Positions 19,325 through 27,462 of a DNA stretch of 57,740 bases are shown piece by piece. The stretch comes from Candidatus Falkowbacteria bacterium (lineage in GTDB: Bacteria > Patescibacteriota > Patescibacteriia > Patescibacteriales > UBA12465), in contig VFKX01000060.1 of assembly GCA_009885285.1 (NCBI GenBank), positions 1-57,740 of the forward strand. Reading direction: 5' to 3'. The notes beneath the pieces were generated by a model. It searched no databases and was not told the origin of the DNA. It was given only the letters and a program-made list of their open reading frames with translations. Both the position numbers and the translations under genes were made by a program. Each line of letters starts with the position of its first letter. Within the stretch, counting starts at the first letter, position 1.

Positions 19325-19789
19325 ATGAAAAATAATGTAATTTTCGGAACACTACTATCAAACAAGAAACATGCAGAAATTGCTATTCTTATCGCCTCCC
19401 TGATCGGGACTGTAGTAATAGTTTTACTCGCAGCGCCCACAGTATTAGCAACAGAAGACCTAAAACATTTTACCTTTCCCGATTGGCAATGGGTCTTACT
19501 CATCTTCCTCATGGTTTTTATCCTCATCTTATTCAGCAAGCATTTTAGTTTGAAATTCTTCAAGGATAAAGATGCGGAAGGTTATCTGGTCGGGCCGATT
19601 ATCAATGGTACGGCCCGCGCCTTATTGTTCGGCATCGCCGCGACCGTTATCACCGTAACCGTCATGAGCATATTATTTGCTCTGCCGCTGATAGGCTTGT
19701 TCATTGGGCTAAGCAGCACCATGGTCGCTATCTACGTCAACAGCCTAGCTGTCTGGTTCATAAACATAGATGATGATGACAATGATTAA
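19325..19789 (+). CDS. Hypothetical 4-TM membrane protein (paralog A)
   Basis: AEIAILIASLIG..., four hydrophobic segments and an acidic DDDDND tail. Paralogous to the next gene. Confidence 0.6.
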   Translation: MKNNVIFGTLLSNKKHAEIAILIASLIGTVVIVLLAAPTVLATEDLKHFTFPDWQWVLLIFLMVFILILFSKHFSLKFFKDKDAEGYLVGPIINGTARALLFGIAATVITVTVMSILFALPLIGLFIGLSSTMVAIYVNSLAVWFINIDDDDND

Positions 19790-19818
19790 TAATTCTTTAA
19801 CATGAAAAATTCGAACCA

Positions 19819-20268
19819 ATGAAAATTGTAAACATTATTTCAAAAATGATGGCCTCCCGAAAAAATTCGGAAATCGCAATTCTCGTGGCCTCTGGAGCTG
19901 GCTTATTCCTTATTTTTATCTCTTGGGTAATACAAAGGTTTATCCCAGAAACTGCGGACAGTACTATCGGCGCCTGGCGATGGTTAGCCATGTGCTTAGT
20001 TATTGTCTTCATTTTATCTGCCTTCTTCAAGCATTATCGCCGGGACAAGCATTTTATGTATGATAAAAATGGTAGCATGATAGCACCGGTAATTGATATG
20101 ACTGCCATTTCTTTAAGAATTTTCGGCATTTTCACGCCGATACTCGCCACAGTCACCTACCTATGGTTTGGTGGTTTCTCTTTCGGACTGTTTCTTGGTC
20201 TCGGCGGAACCTGCATGACAATTTTTGCCACGAGCCTAATAGCCTTGCTAATCGAACGTCCAGAATAA
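19819..20268 (+). CDS. Hypothetical 4-TM membrane protein (paralog B)
   Basis: SEIAILVASGAG... and the same topology and length as paralog A. A terminator follows. Confidence 0.6.
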   Translation: MKIVNIISKMMASRKNSEIAILVASGAGLFLIFISWVIQRFIPETADSTIGAWRWLAMCLVIVFILSAFFKHYRRDKHFMYDKNGSMIAPVIDMTAISLRIFGIFTPILATVTYLWFGGFSFGLFLGLGGTCMTIFATSLIALLIERPE

Positions 20269-20290
20269 AACTACCTCGCCCCTGATTACC

Positions 20291-20319
20291 AAGCCGCTTT
20301 AAATAAGCGGCTTTTTTAC
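20291..20319 (+). terminator. Rho-independent terminator
   Basis: Perfect 9-bp stem AAGCCGCTT/AAGCGGCTT, loop TAAAT, then T6. Confidence 0.8.
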
Positions 20320-20405
20320 TATTAAAATATATATTATTTATAATTTATTTTTTCTTAAGGTGGGAAATTCTATACTAAATACGCATAATTTACATAACTA
20401 TTTGT

Positions 20406-20822
20406 ATGGAGAATAAATCAATAGACAATCAAAAAAAATCAAACTTCATCAAGTGGGCTGAATATAAATCAAAAATACATTTTACAAGAAATACTAATCA
20501 AATATTATTTCACGCTCGCGAAATTTGGTGGGCAAGTCTTGGAATAAATATTGGATATGAGGAAGACGGAAAACATTACCGCCACGAAAGACCAATACTA
20601 ATAATCAAAAAATATAACAAAGACTTGGCATTAGCCGTTCCTTTATCCAGCAAACTTAAAAATAATTTATATTATTACAGCTTTATATTTGAAGATAAAA
20701 AAATATCAGCGCTAATCTCACAGATTAGAATAATCAGTAGCAAACGACTCGTCAACAGAGTCGGGCGCCTCAACCGCAGTATCTATAAATCAGTAATAGA
20801 GAAAATCAAAGATTCTTTCTAA
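20406..20822 (+). CDS. PemK/MazF-like toxin-fold protein; no adjacent antitoxin ORF visible
   Basis: REIWWASLGINIGYEEDG..ERPILIIKK...ALAVPLSSK...ALISQIRIISSKRL..VGRL follows the MazF/PemK motif order. Confidence 0.55.
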   Translation: MENKSIDNQKKSNFIKWAEYKSKIHFTRNTNQILFHAREIWWASLGINIGYEEDGKHYRHERPILIIKKYNKDLALAVPLSSKLKNNLYYYSFIFEDKKISALISQIRIISSKRLVNRVGRLNRSIYKSVIEKIKDSF

Positions 20823-21014
20823 AAAAAGAACTCCCTCGCGGGAGTTCTCAGGGCCTAGTTTAAATGAATAAATAAGGCATTTGTATTTATGATAACATAT
20901 CAATATTTTTACTGCAAGACTGTAAAATTCTTGTATCATTACAATAATTATAACTTACTTGAGGATTTTGTTTATTAACCAAGCGTGGAACGGATTTGAG
21001 ATATCTATAATTTA

Positions 21015-21632
21015 TTATCCTTTTTTTAATGCCTCAATTACATGTCGCACCCAAGAAAAAAAATCATGGTTTTCTGACTCCCACAGGATTAATAATTCCT
21101 TCCTTAAATTAAGATGATGAGGATAGCCGGCATCGTCTGCATCAATCAAATCAGAAAACTCTTCATTGATTATCACTATCACAATTTCCTTTAACTCATT
21201 CTCTTCCTTTGATGAAATGATATCTGATAAATCCTTGATACCATTTTGGGCAAGGAATTCAGCGGTCCTAATATAGTTGCAAAAATATACATGAAATAGT
21301 TCATGAATAATAACTGTGGGGTAGGTAAAAAATTGATGATAGGCGCTAATAGAAATAAACTTATCCTTCGCATTATGCAGTGACACAGGAATAGTATTGA
21401 TGAATAAACCAATATCACTCGCCCCGTACGATAAGCCGGTCATCCTATTTAATCTCAAAAGAATCTCTTCAAGGTGTTTATCTGTATAGTCGTTCAAATA
21501 ATCAATCAAGCTGTTTCTGGTGATAACAAGATCAGTACCATTAGCGACAGTAATCTGCCTGCCCCAGATCTCATCATGCCCCTTAATCATGGCTTGTGAC
21601 CATTCATCTATTTTTTTGTCGTATTGGAACAT
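21015..21632 (-). CDS. Hypothetical protein with HExxH motif (putative metallopeptidase-like)
   Basis: VIIHELFHVYF. Overlaps the HIT gene by 25 nt, so it is probably in the same operon. Confidence 0.45.
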   Translation of the reverse strand: MFQYDKKIDEWSQAMIKGHDEIWGRQITVANGTDLVITRNSLIDYLNDYTDKHLEEILLRLNRMTGLSYGASDIGLFINTIPVSLHNAKDKFISISAYHQFFTYPTVIIHELFHVYFCNYIRTAEFLAQNGIKDLSDIISSKEENELKEIVIVIINEEFSDLIDADDAGYPHHLNLRKELLILWESENHDFFSWVRHVIEALKKG

Positions 21633-22027
21633 AAATATTTTATCAGCTTAGCCTGCATTTCTAGTAGGCCCTGATCGGAAGCCGAAGTAGCCCTGGTGGG
21701 ATTAAGCTCATTACCATTATTAATAGGAACTAGATGGATATGAGCATGCGCCATGCCCAGGCCTTCAATCGCCATCCCGATTGTTCTTGCAGACGTGGCC
21801 TTTTTTAAGGCAGGCACAATCTTCTTGGCGATTAGAAAAATTTCCTGATAATCTTGATCTGGTAAATCAAAAATATACTCATAATGCTTTTTAGGAATTA
21901 ACAGTAAATGACCGGGATTAATCGGCATTTTATCTAAAAATAAAAAAAAGTCGTCGTTCTCCCAAACCTTGAATGAGTTGACTTTACTATTCGCTATCTC
22001 ACAAAAAAGACATTTCATATTATTCAA
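21608..22027 (-). CDS. HIT (histidine triad) family protein
   Basis: CLFCEI, NPGHLLLIPKKH and the histidine triad HAHIHLVP. Confidence 0.85.
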   Translation of the reverse strand: MNNMKCLFCEIANSKVNSFKVWENDDFFLFLDKMPINPGHLLLIPKKHYEYIFDLPDQDYQEIFLIAKKIVPALKKATSARTIGMAIEGLGMAHAHIHLVPINNGNELNPTRATSASDQGLLEMQAKLIKYLCSNTTKK

Positions 22028-22057
22028 ATTTATCTCCTCGAGTTTATATCCGTAACC

Positions 22058-22948
22058 CTAATCCTTCTTCAGCCACTTCTGCATCATCTTCTTCAAAGGT
22101 TCAAAACTCCCATAGAAATTATGCGGCGCCCCAGCCAGTATCTGAACTTCAGCCGGCCGGCCTTTCAGATTATCCTTAAACCAGTCAGCGATCTCTGCAA
22201 TCGGCCGATCAGTGTATTGGTCATTCTCTGCCAGGACATATAAAGTCGGTTTCTTGTTCTTTAAGAGCGTCACTGGCTTCCGCTCTGAAGCATAGCTAAA
22301 TATTTCTTCCACGCTATCTGGCGTATACAAACTGAGCCAGCGCTGGGCGTCACAGGGCATCTGCCAAACATCGGACGGCAAGAGGTCTTGACTCTGACCC
22401 GCCTTCACCATCTTCCGGGCACAAGCCAGCGCCTTACTATAGACCTTCTTGTCGGTAAACTTAACAGTATCAGCATAATCACTCATTGGGGCGAGGAGGA
22501 TCGCTCCTTTAACAGCCGAGTCATTCTTCTTGGCTAGATAATAGGCGCTTTTCTGACAGCCGGTGGAGTGACCGAGCAAATATACATTCTTGGCGCCATA
22601 GGACTTAGCCAGACTAACGGCGCCCGCAATATCATCAACACAATCGGTAAAAACCTCGTGCGCGGCACCAGCGATAATCCTCTCTTTCTCCAGAGGCCGG
22701 CGCGGATTAACTTTAGCTACGTTATTTATGATGCCATGGCCGCGATTACTGAAAGTTAATACTGCCGTCCGGCTATCAACCAAAGACTCCAAGAAATCGG
22801 ACTGAGAAAAAATATTACCACTATAGCCATGAAGATAAACGAAGATAGTTTCGGCTCGTTCGGAACCGAATAATAACCCACGTAGCTGGTAATGTTTGGG
22901 TGTCGTGATGGTGATGATTTTAATCTGAGGGGTTTTCATATATATCAT
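22058..22948 (-). CDS. Alpha/beta hydrolase (DUF1749-like)
   Basis: Nucleophile elbow GHSTGCQ, HGYSGN, and an alpha/beta hydrolase length of 296 aa. Confidence 0.7.
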   Translation of the reverse strand: MIYMKTPQIKIITITTPKHYQLRGLLFGSERAETIFVYLHGYSGNIFSQSDFLESLVDSRTAVLTFSNRGHGIINNVAKVNPRRPLEKERIIAGAAHEVFTDCVDDIAGAVSLAKSYGAKNVYLLGHSTGCQKSAYYLAKKNDSAVKGAILLAPMSDYADTVKFTDKKVYSKALACARKMVKAGQSQDLLPSDVWQMPCDAQRWLSLYTPDSVEEIFSYASERKPVTLLKNKKPTLYVLAENDQYTDRPIAEIADWFKDNLKGRPAEVQILAGAPHNFYGSFEPLKKMMQKWLKKD

Positions 22949-23013
22949 TTATATTAATATAATCAATTATAATGCATTATCTGACATCCTCATAGTCTGC
23001 CCGTTGCTTCCAG

Positions 23014-23094
23014 TTTTCACGATATTAGCTCCATAATCGTGAAAATCAACCAAATTTTACCACTTTTTCACGATAATGGCCTCATAATCGTGAA
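23014..23094. promoter_or_regulatory. Two copies of the inverted repeat TTCACGAT-N12-ATCGTGAA, 51 bp apart (operator-like)
   Basis: Arms at 23016-23023/23036-23043 and 23067-23074/23087-23094. Both lie upstream of the hydrolase-HIT-HExxH operon. Confidence 0.5.
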
Positions 23095-23144
23095 GAAATC
23101 ACAAATATACGGAAAAAATAGACAAAACAATGATACTAGTTATT

Positions 23145-23171
23145 AAAAAGCCCCATATTTTCATACGGGGC
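23145..23171 (-). terminator. Rho-independent terminator
   Basis: On the minus strand, GCCCCGTAT-GAAA-ATATGGGGC is followed by T5. Confidence 0.6.
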
Positions 23172-23195
23172 GGAATCTCTTGATATTTACACTTT

Positions 23196-23423
23196 TTAAA
23201 ATAATTCTGGCCGTTCTTTTTTCAGCAAGTTTTCATATTGCTGGGCAGCGGCATCGCATTTTTTTGTGCCAGGAATGGTTTTATCTAAAATCTCTCCCGC
23301 TTCTTCATGGTCCGAAGTGACCGGCACCAGAGGCTTAGCCGGCCGATCAAACATCGACCAGATCTTCTCGGCCGAGATTCCTAAAATCTCAACTAGCCTC
23401 GCAACTTTCTTATTCGTCATCAT
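23196..23423 (-). CDS. Hypothetical small protein (75 aa)
   Basis: ORF with AAAGGTGA 7 nt upstream of the ATG and a terminator downstream. Confidence 0.5.
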   Translation of the reverse strand: MMTNKKVARLVEILGISAEKIWSMFDRPAKPLVPVTSDHEEAGEILDKTIPGTKKCDAAAQQYENLLKKERPELF

Positions 23424-23667
23424 ATCTTCACCTTTCTAAATTATTCATACTCCGCTTCCGGCTTAATCCTTACCGGTCTGACGTTTTTTTTCGGTTTTCC
23501 TTTTATTTCTAGCTCTACCTTCACGTTTATTAATCTTCTCTAAACTGCGAATAATGGCAGCGATAATGCTGATGCGATTATATCTCATGACTTCTAGGTT
23601 TTAAGTGATTATTAAAGTCCGCCATAATGCGCTTATCGTATAATTTAATTGGGTTTATGTCAAATGA

Positions 23668-23696
23668 TTGACGCCCCAGCACAATTCAAATATAAT
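23668..23696 (+). promoter_or_regulatory. Near-consensus sigma70 promoter TTGACG-N17-TATAAT
   Basis: -35 at 23668-23673 and -10 at 23691-23696, on the strand opposite all neighbouring genes. Confidence 0.6.
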
Positions 23697-23779
23697 AATA
23701 ATGTCTTTAAGTCTTTTAAGAGACTCAAAGGGTTTCACATCCGAGAATCATCTTCCTGTGCTGGAGGGTGATTTTTTTT
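23697..23779 (+). ncRNA. Candidate ~80-nt sRNA (orphan promoter to terminator unit)
   Basis: The promoter above is followed by a hairpin around 23703-23724, then a terminator AUCAUCUUCC-UGUGCU-GGAGGGUGAU (23747-23772) plus U7. Confidence 0.35.
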
Positions 23780-23891
23780 ATACCCTTGCTTTGAACTCTC
23801 CCGCCCAGATATCTTCTTCTAACCTTAAAATATCTACATAACCATCAGCACCGGTTCGCAATTCTTCGGAAATATTATTCTTAAGAATATT

Positions 23892-23919
23892 TAAAAAGCG
23901 CCAAATTTACTCTGGCGCT
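23892..23919 (-). terminator. Rho-independent terminator
   Basis: AGCGCCA/TGGCGCT stem. On the minus strand it is followed by T5. Confidence 0.6.
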
Positions 23920-23936
23920 GTCATACTTTCTCTTGT

Positions 23937-24122
23937 CTAACCTTCTGAAGTCAGCTCTTTTCCTCGTCTCCAAACGCGGAATAAGCGACGACCATTACTC
24001 ATAAAGTTTAAGACGATTTTCTCGAACCCTTGAGCCAGTAACTGGTAATAGGCAGCTTCCTTGCTTTTGGCCTGAAGCACTACTTCCTTGATGTCTTTTT
24101 CAATAATTTGATCTTCATCCAT
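23937..24122 (-). CDS. Small hypothetical protein (61 aa), member of a tandem paralog trio
   Basis: Overlaps the upstream paralog by 8 nt. Shares AKSKEAAYYQLLAQGFEKIVLNF with the paralog motif. Confidence 0.5.
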   Translation of the reverse strand: MDEDQIIEKDIKEVVLQAKSKEAAYYQLLAQGFEKIVLNFMSNGRRLFRVWRRGKELTSEG

Positions 24123-24369
24123 GTTGCTCCCTTTCTGCCGGAACTTCCAGCCGAATAGTTATAATTGTTTTTTTGAATTTGGCGGCCGCTAATTTCCAGC
24201 CGTTAATCGCAAAACTGACGCAGACCTCCACCAGTCCAATTTTTTCTAACTTAGCCTTAGCCTCCTCTTCCGTGCTCGACGTGTCCAACATTATCCGACC
24301 TCGGAATTTAATGACTTTTTCTTCAACCAAGTCTTTCTTCACCTTGACTCTAATTTCATCCATATCCAT
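24115..24369 (-). CDS. Small hypothetical protein (84 aa), member of a tandem paralog trio
   Basis: TSSTEEEAKAKLEKIGLVEVCVSF motif. Confidence 0.5.
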   Translation of the reverse strand: MDMDEIRVKVKKDLVEEKVIKFRGRIMLDTSSTEEEAKAKLEKIGLVEVCVSFAINGWKLAAAKFKKTIITIRLEVPAEREQHG

Positions 24370-24405
24370 TTCTTACAGTTTTTTGGTGATATTATTGTGA
24401 AATTA

Positions 24406-24663
24406 TTAAAATCTTCCTAATCGGAATACCGACTCCTTTTCCTGATTACAAGCGTAGCCCACGCTTAATTTTACTTTCCTGCCTCCATAGACTGCTTCAC
24501 ATAAACCGCGCACTCGCGCGCCAGCAAGCTCAACATATTCAACTTTGACAGCAGCTAAGCCGAGTTCCTCCAAGGACTCAATTGCTTCGGAGCTTGAGCT
24601 GGCCTTAGCGACAATCTCTTTGGCCTTTTGCCTAATTTCCAAATAATCTAGTAAATTTTCCAT
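24406..24663 (-). CDS. Small hypothetical protein (85 aa), member of a tandem paralog trio
   Basis: ASSSSEAIESLEELGLAAVKVEYV motif. Confidence 0.5.
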   Translation of the reverse strand: MENLLDYLEIRQKAKEIVAKASSSSEAIESLEELGLAAVKVEYVELAGARVRGLCEAVYGGRKVKLSVGYACNQEKESVFRLGRF

Positions 24664-24809
24664 GAAAATATTTTTGTTAAATAACTGCTTTTAAGCTATC
24701 ATAATATTGTCTTTTTGTCCAGAGAGATATTTTGAGAGATATTTTGACAAATATAAAAGCACTCAGGTTAAATGAGTGCTGTGCTTTTGACCTTTATTAA
24801 TTAAAAGGT

Positions 24810-25340
24810 TTAATGACTCCCAAATTTTCTGACGATTACCCGAGTCCTTAGTTCACTGTACCAAATACGATTATCCGTAAAGAGATAAGGAAAAATGTAT
24901 AGCCCGGTAATGAATACTCCCACTCTGGCCACGAAATAATTGGGTGCCAGATTTATGAGAAAAAAGTTCTCGCAGGCATCCTGAGCTAAAAACTGCGGAT
25001 ATTTTTCGCAGAAGCAAATAATCTGACTCTGAGTCAACGCCAAAGTGTCGATTCCTTTATGCAATCCGGAAAAAATCTGGTTAAAGTCACCCTTGCCTTG
25101 CATAACATAAACGCCCACCTTTGTAGTCGGCGTAGCCGCTTGCGACTGATTAAGCCCGTCTTTATTAAACCCTGGAGATATATAAGCCGCGAAGGTTTTT
25201 TCCGCACGGATTATAGTAGCTCTTCCGTCTAAGGCATTGAGGGCTAGTGGGACAGGGCCAGAAACAATCTTCAGTTCTAAAATATCTGAGCTGTCTGAGT
25301 GGCCGCAACTGTCTGAATTCTCTATTTTCATTATTATCAA
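24810..25340 (-). CDS. Hypothetical protein (176 aa)
   Basis: Long ORF with a terminator hairpin (AGCACTCA/TGAGTGCT) downstream. No recognisable domain. Confidence 0.5.
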   Translation of the reverse strand: MIIMKIENSDSCGHSDSSDILELKIVSGPVPLALNALDGRATIIRAEKTFAAYISPGFNKDGLNQSQAATPTTKVGVYVMQGKGDFNQIFSGLHKGIDTLALTQSQIICFCEKYPQFLAQDACENFFLINLAPNYFVARVGVFITGLYIFPYLFTDNRIWYSELRTRVIVRKFGSH

Positions 25341-25433
25341 TTTCGTTTCGCATCACCTTAAAATATTGTTAAATTACTACCCCCAAGCTATCACAATGCG
25401 CCGTCCTTGTCTAGACAAAACTGGTTTTAGCCA

Positions 25434-25463
25434 ATAAAAAAGCGCCACTGGGATAGGCGCTTT
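25434..25463 (-). terminator. Rho-independent terminator
   Basis: AAAGCGCC/GGCGCTTT stem. On the minus strand it is followed by T6. Confidence 0.6.
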
Positions 25464-25569
25464 AATGATAATTATTTTGGCTCATAAAAGATGATTCTAC
25501 AAGAAATATCCCGACCGTTTCGGCTCCACTTGAGCTCTTCCGGATATTTTTCACGGAAACATATTTAAT

Positions 25570-25890
25570 TCAATCCTTTTTCTTACGAAGATAGTTGTTG
25601 AAAAAGTCCAATAGCTTATCATATAAATCACGGCCATCAGCTATCTCAACATCACCATCGACATTATTAATCGCTTCTCTAAGCGCCATATTTGTAACCT
25701 CATTAACCACTAACACGGCACCAAGACTGGTTTTCTTGCCTTCGATAGGAATCTCGATCCTCGGATCCTCTTTCTTCTCTACATTTTTCTCAGCTGTTTT
25801 TTTCTTGCCTTTCTCGTCATCGTCTCCAGATGAATTCCATTCATCATCACGATTTTCTTCAAAATAATTACCCACATACTTATTAAACAT
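25570..25890 (-). CDS. Hypothetical acidic/Lys-rich protein (106 aa)
   Basis: ORF with a low-complexity charged N-terminal half. Confidence 0.45.
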   Translation of the reverse strand: MFNKYVGNYFEENRDDEWNSSGDDDEKGKKKTAEKNVEKKEDPRIEIPIEGKKTSLGAVLVVNEVTNMALREAINNVDGDVEIADGRDLYDKLLDFFNNYLRKKKD

Positions 25891-25984
25891 AGTATCAAGT
25901 ATTAAATTGTTAAAGAACTATTGATTATATTTGTCCCGATTTGATCAGGTAGTTATTCCGATAATTCGTGTATCTTTTATACCA

Positions 25985-27436
25985 TTAAACCTTCCCCAGG
26001 TCAAGCTCCTCAGTCATTCTGATCTCCTTCACGAACTCCGGCATATGGCTCACCATAATGATCGGTCCTTCATAGGAATTAATCGCTTCAGCAATCACCG
26101 GGATGTGACGGAAATTAATATGGTTAGTCGGTTCGTCAAGAATCAGAATGCCTGGTTTGAGTAAGCACAGGCGAGCGAAAGCCAATAACCCCTTCTGCCC
26201 TTCTGACAAATCACCAACCTTATGTCCCATCAAGTCACCAGTAATCAAGAACCCGGCCGCCACTGAGCGGATTTCTTGCTCACTCCAGCCGTCTCCGGCA
26301 TTCTTCAAAGAGTCAAAAACATTTTCATTAAAATCTAGCGTGGAAAAATCCTGGCTATAATAACCAACCCGGATATTGGCAGCAATCGTCTGCCCTTCCA
26401 TCTGACCGCCAACCAAGGATCGCAAAAGAGTACTCTTGCCGATACCATTAGGACCAACAATTAAAAGACGGTCCTTCTTGCGAATAACTTTTTCAATATC
26501 TTTAACAATCGGTTCATGATTCTTGATAATCTTCACTTTTTTCAACACGACGATTTCGCCGCTTAAATCAGCCTGAACCTGAATATCAAAGTCACGGATA
26601 GTCTTGTCTTCCTGGCGAACATCAACCATACTGTCTTCCGCTTCTGCCGCTTCGTCCTTTAATTTCTTAGCCAGCTTACGCATCTTACCGCCTTTATGGG
26701 CAAAGAAGTTAACCTTCTCTTTCTTATCCTGAATAGACTTCTCGAGCTGAGCATTCTCGCGCTGCTCGCGTTCGACGCGACGGCTAATTTCTTCAACGAC
26801 AGAATAATAGTCACCGACGTACATTTCGGTCTTATGGGTAAAATTATTCAAATAGATAACGCCTTCCGTAAAGCAATTCAAGAAATCGGCATCGTGAGAA
26901 ATAACTAACACCGTCTTGTCATACATGACCAAGAAGGTGATGAGATGATCAATTCCGTCCTTATCAAGATTATTGGTCGGTTCGTCGAGCAAGAGGATAT
27001 CTGGGTCTGATATCAAAGCATAGGCTAAAAGCAACCGGGCCTGCTGGCCGCCGGATAAACCTCCCACTTTCCGGTCGAGAGGGATATTGAAGTTAACGGC
27101 ATCAAGCACTTTGCTAATGCGGCTCTTGATATTGCCCGGCACTTCAACAAATGCCCGGGAGAAATATTCTTCAATAGTTAATTCAAACAGCTCGCGAGCC
27201 ATCGTCTGGTCAGCGGCGCCGATAGTGGCATCCTTAGACATGGAAATCGCCCCGCCCTTCGGAGTCAATTCTTTCTTAATCAGTCCGAAGATCGTACTCT
27301 TGCCGGCGCCATTCTGGCCCATTAGAGTCATCTTCGCACCTTTGCGCATGCTGAAATCAGCCTCATCAAGGATCGGTTTTTTATGGAGATATTCGAATTT
27401 GACGTTATCAAATCTTAAGACTACTTCTTCGGCCAT
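25985..27436 (-). CDS. ABC-F family ATPase (two ABC domains, no TM domain)
   Basis: Two Walker A motifs (GQNGAGKST, GPNGIGKST), two signatures (LSGGQQ, LSEGQK) and a charged inter-domain linker. Confidence 0.85.
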   Translation of the reverse strand: MAEEVVLRFDNVKFEYLHKKPILDEADFSMRKGAKMTLMGQNGAGKSTIFGLIKKELTPKGGAISMSKDATIGAADQTMARELFELTIEEYFSRAFVEVPGNIKSRISKVLDAVNFNIPLDRKVGGLSGGQQARLLLAYALISDPDILLLDEPTNNLDKDGIDHLITFLVMYDKTVLVISHDADFLNCFTEGVIYLNNFTHKTEMYVGDYYSVVEEISRRVEREQRENAQLEKSIQDKKEKVNFFAHKGGKMRKLAKKLKDEAAEAEDSMVDVRQEDKTIRDFDIQVQADLSGEIVVLKKVKIIKNHEPIVKDIEKVIRKKDRLLIVGPNGIGKSTLLRSLVGGQMEGQTIAANIRVGYYSQDFSTLDFNENVFDSLKNAGDGWSEQEIRSVAAGFLITGDLMGHKVGDLSEGQKGLLAFARLCLLKPGILILDEPTNHINFRHIPVIAEAINSYEGPIIMVSHMPEFVKEIRMTEELDLGKV

Positions 27437-27462
27437 ATGGATATATTGAAATAAATTATAAC

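Noticed and set aside
23701-23841. 46-aa plus-strand ORF behind the orphan promoter.
   Set aside because: The ATG is at or upstream of the predicted transcription start, and the frame reads through a strong hairpin plus U7 terminator. I treat the unit as an sRNA candidate.
24723-24746. Tandem 12-mer AGAGATATTTTG repeated twice upstream of the 85-aa paralog gene.
   Set aside because: There are only two copies in AT-rich DNA overlapping a possible TTGACA box. This is too little to call a regulatory site or repeat family.
25407-25418. Perfect 12-bp palindrome TTGTCTAGACAA upstream of the 176-aa gene.
   Set aside because: It is a single short palindrome with no second copy seen. It could be an operator but is not supportable.
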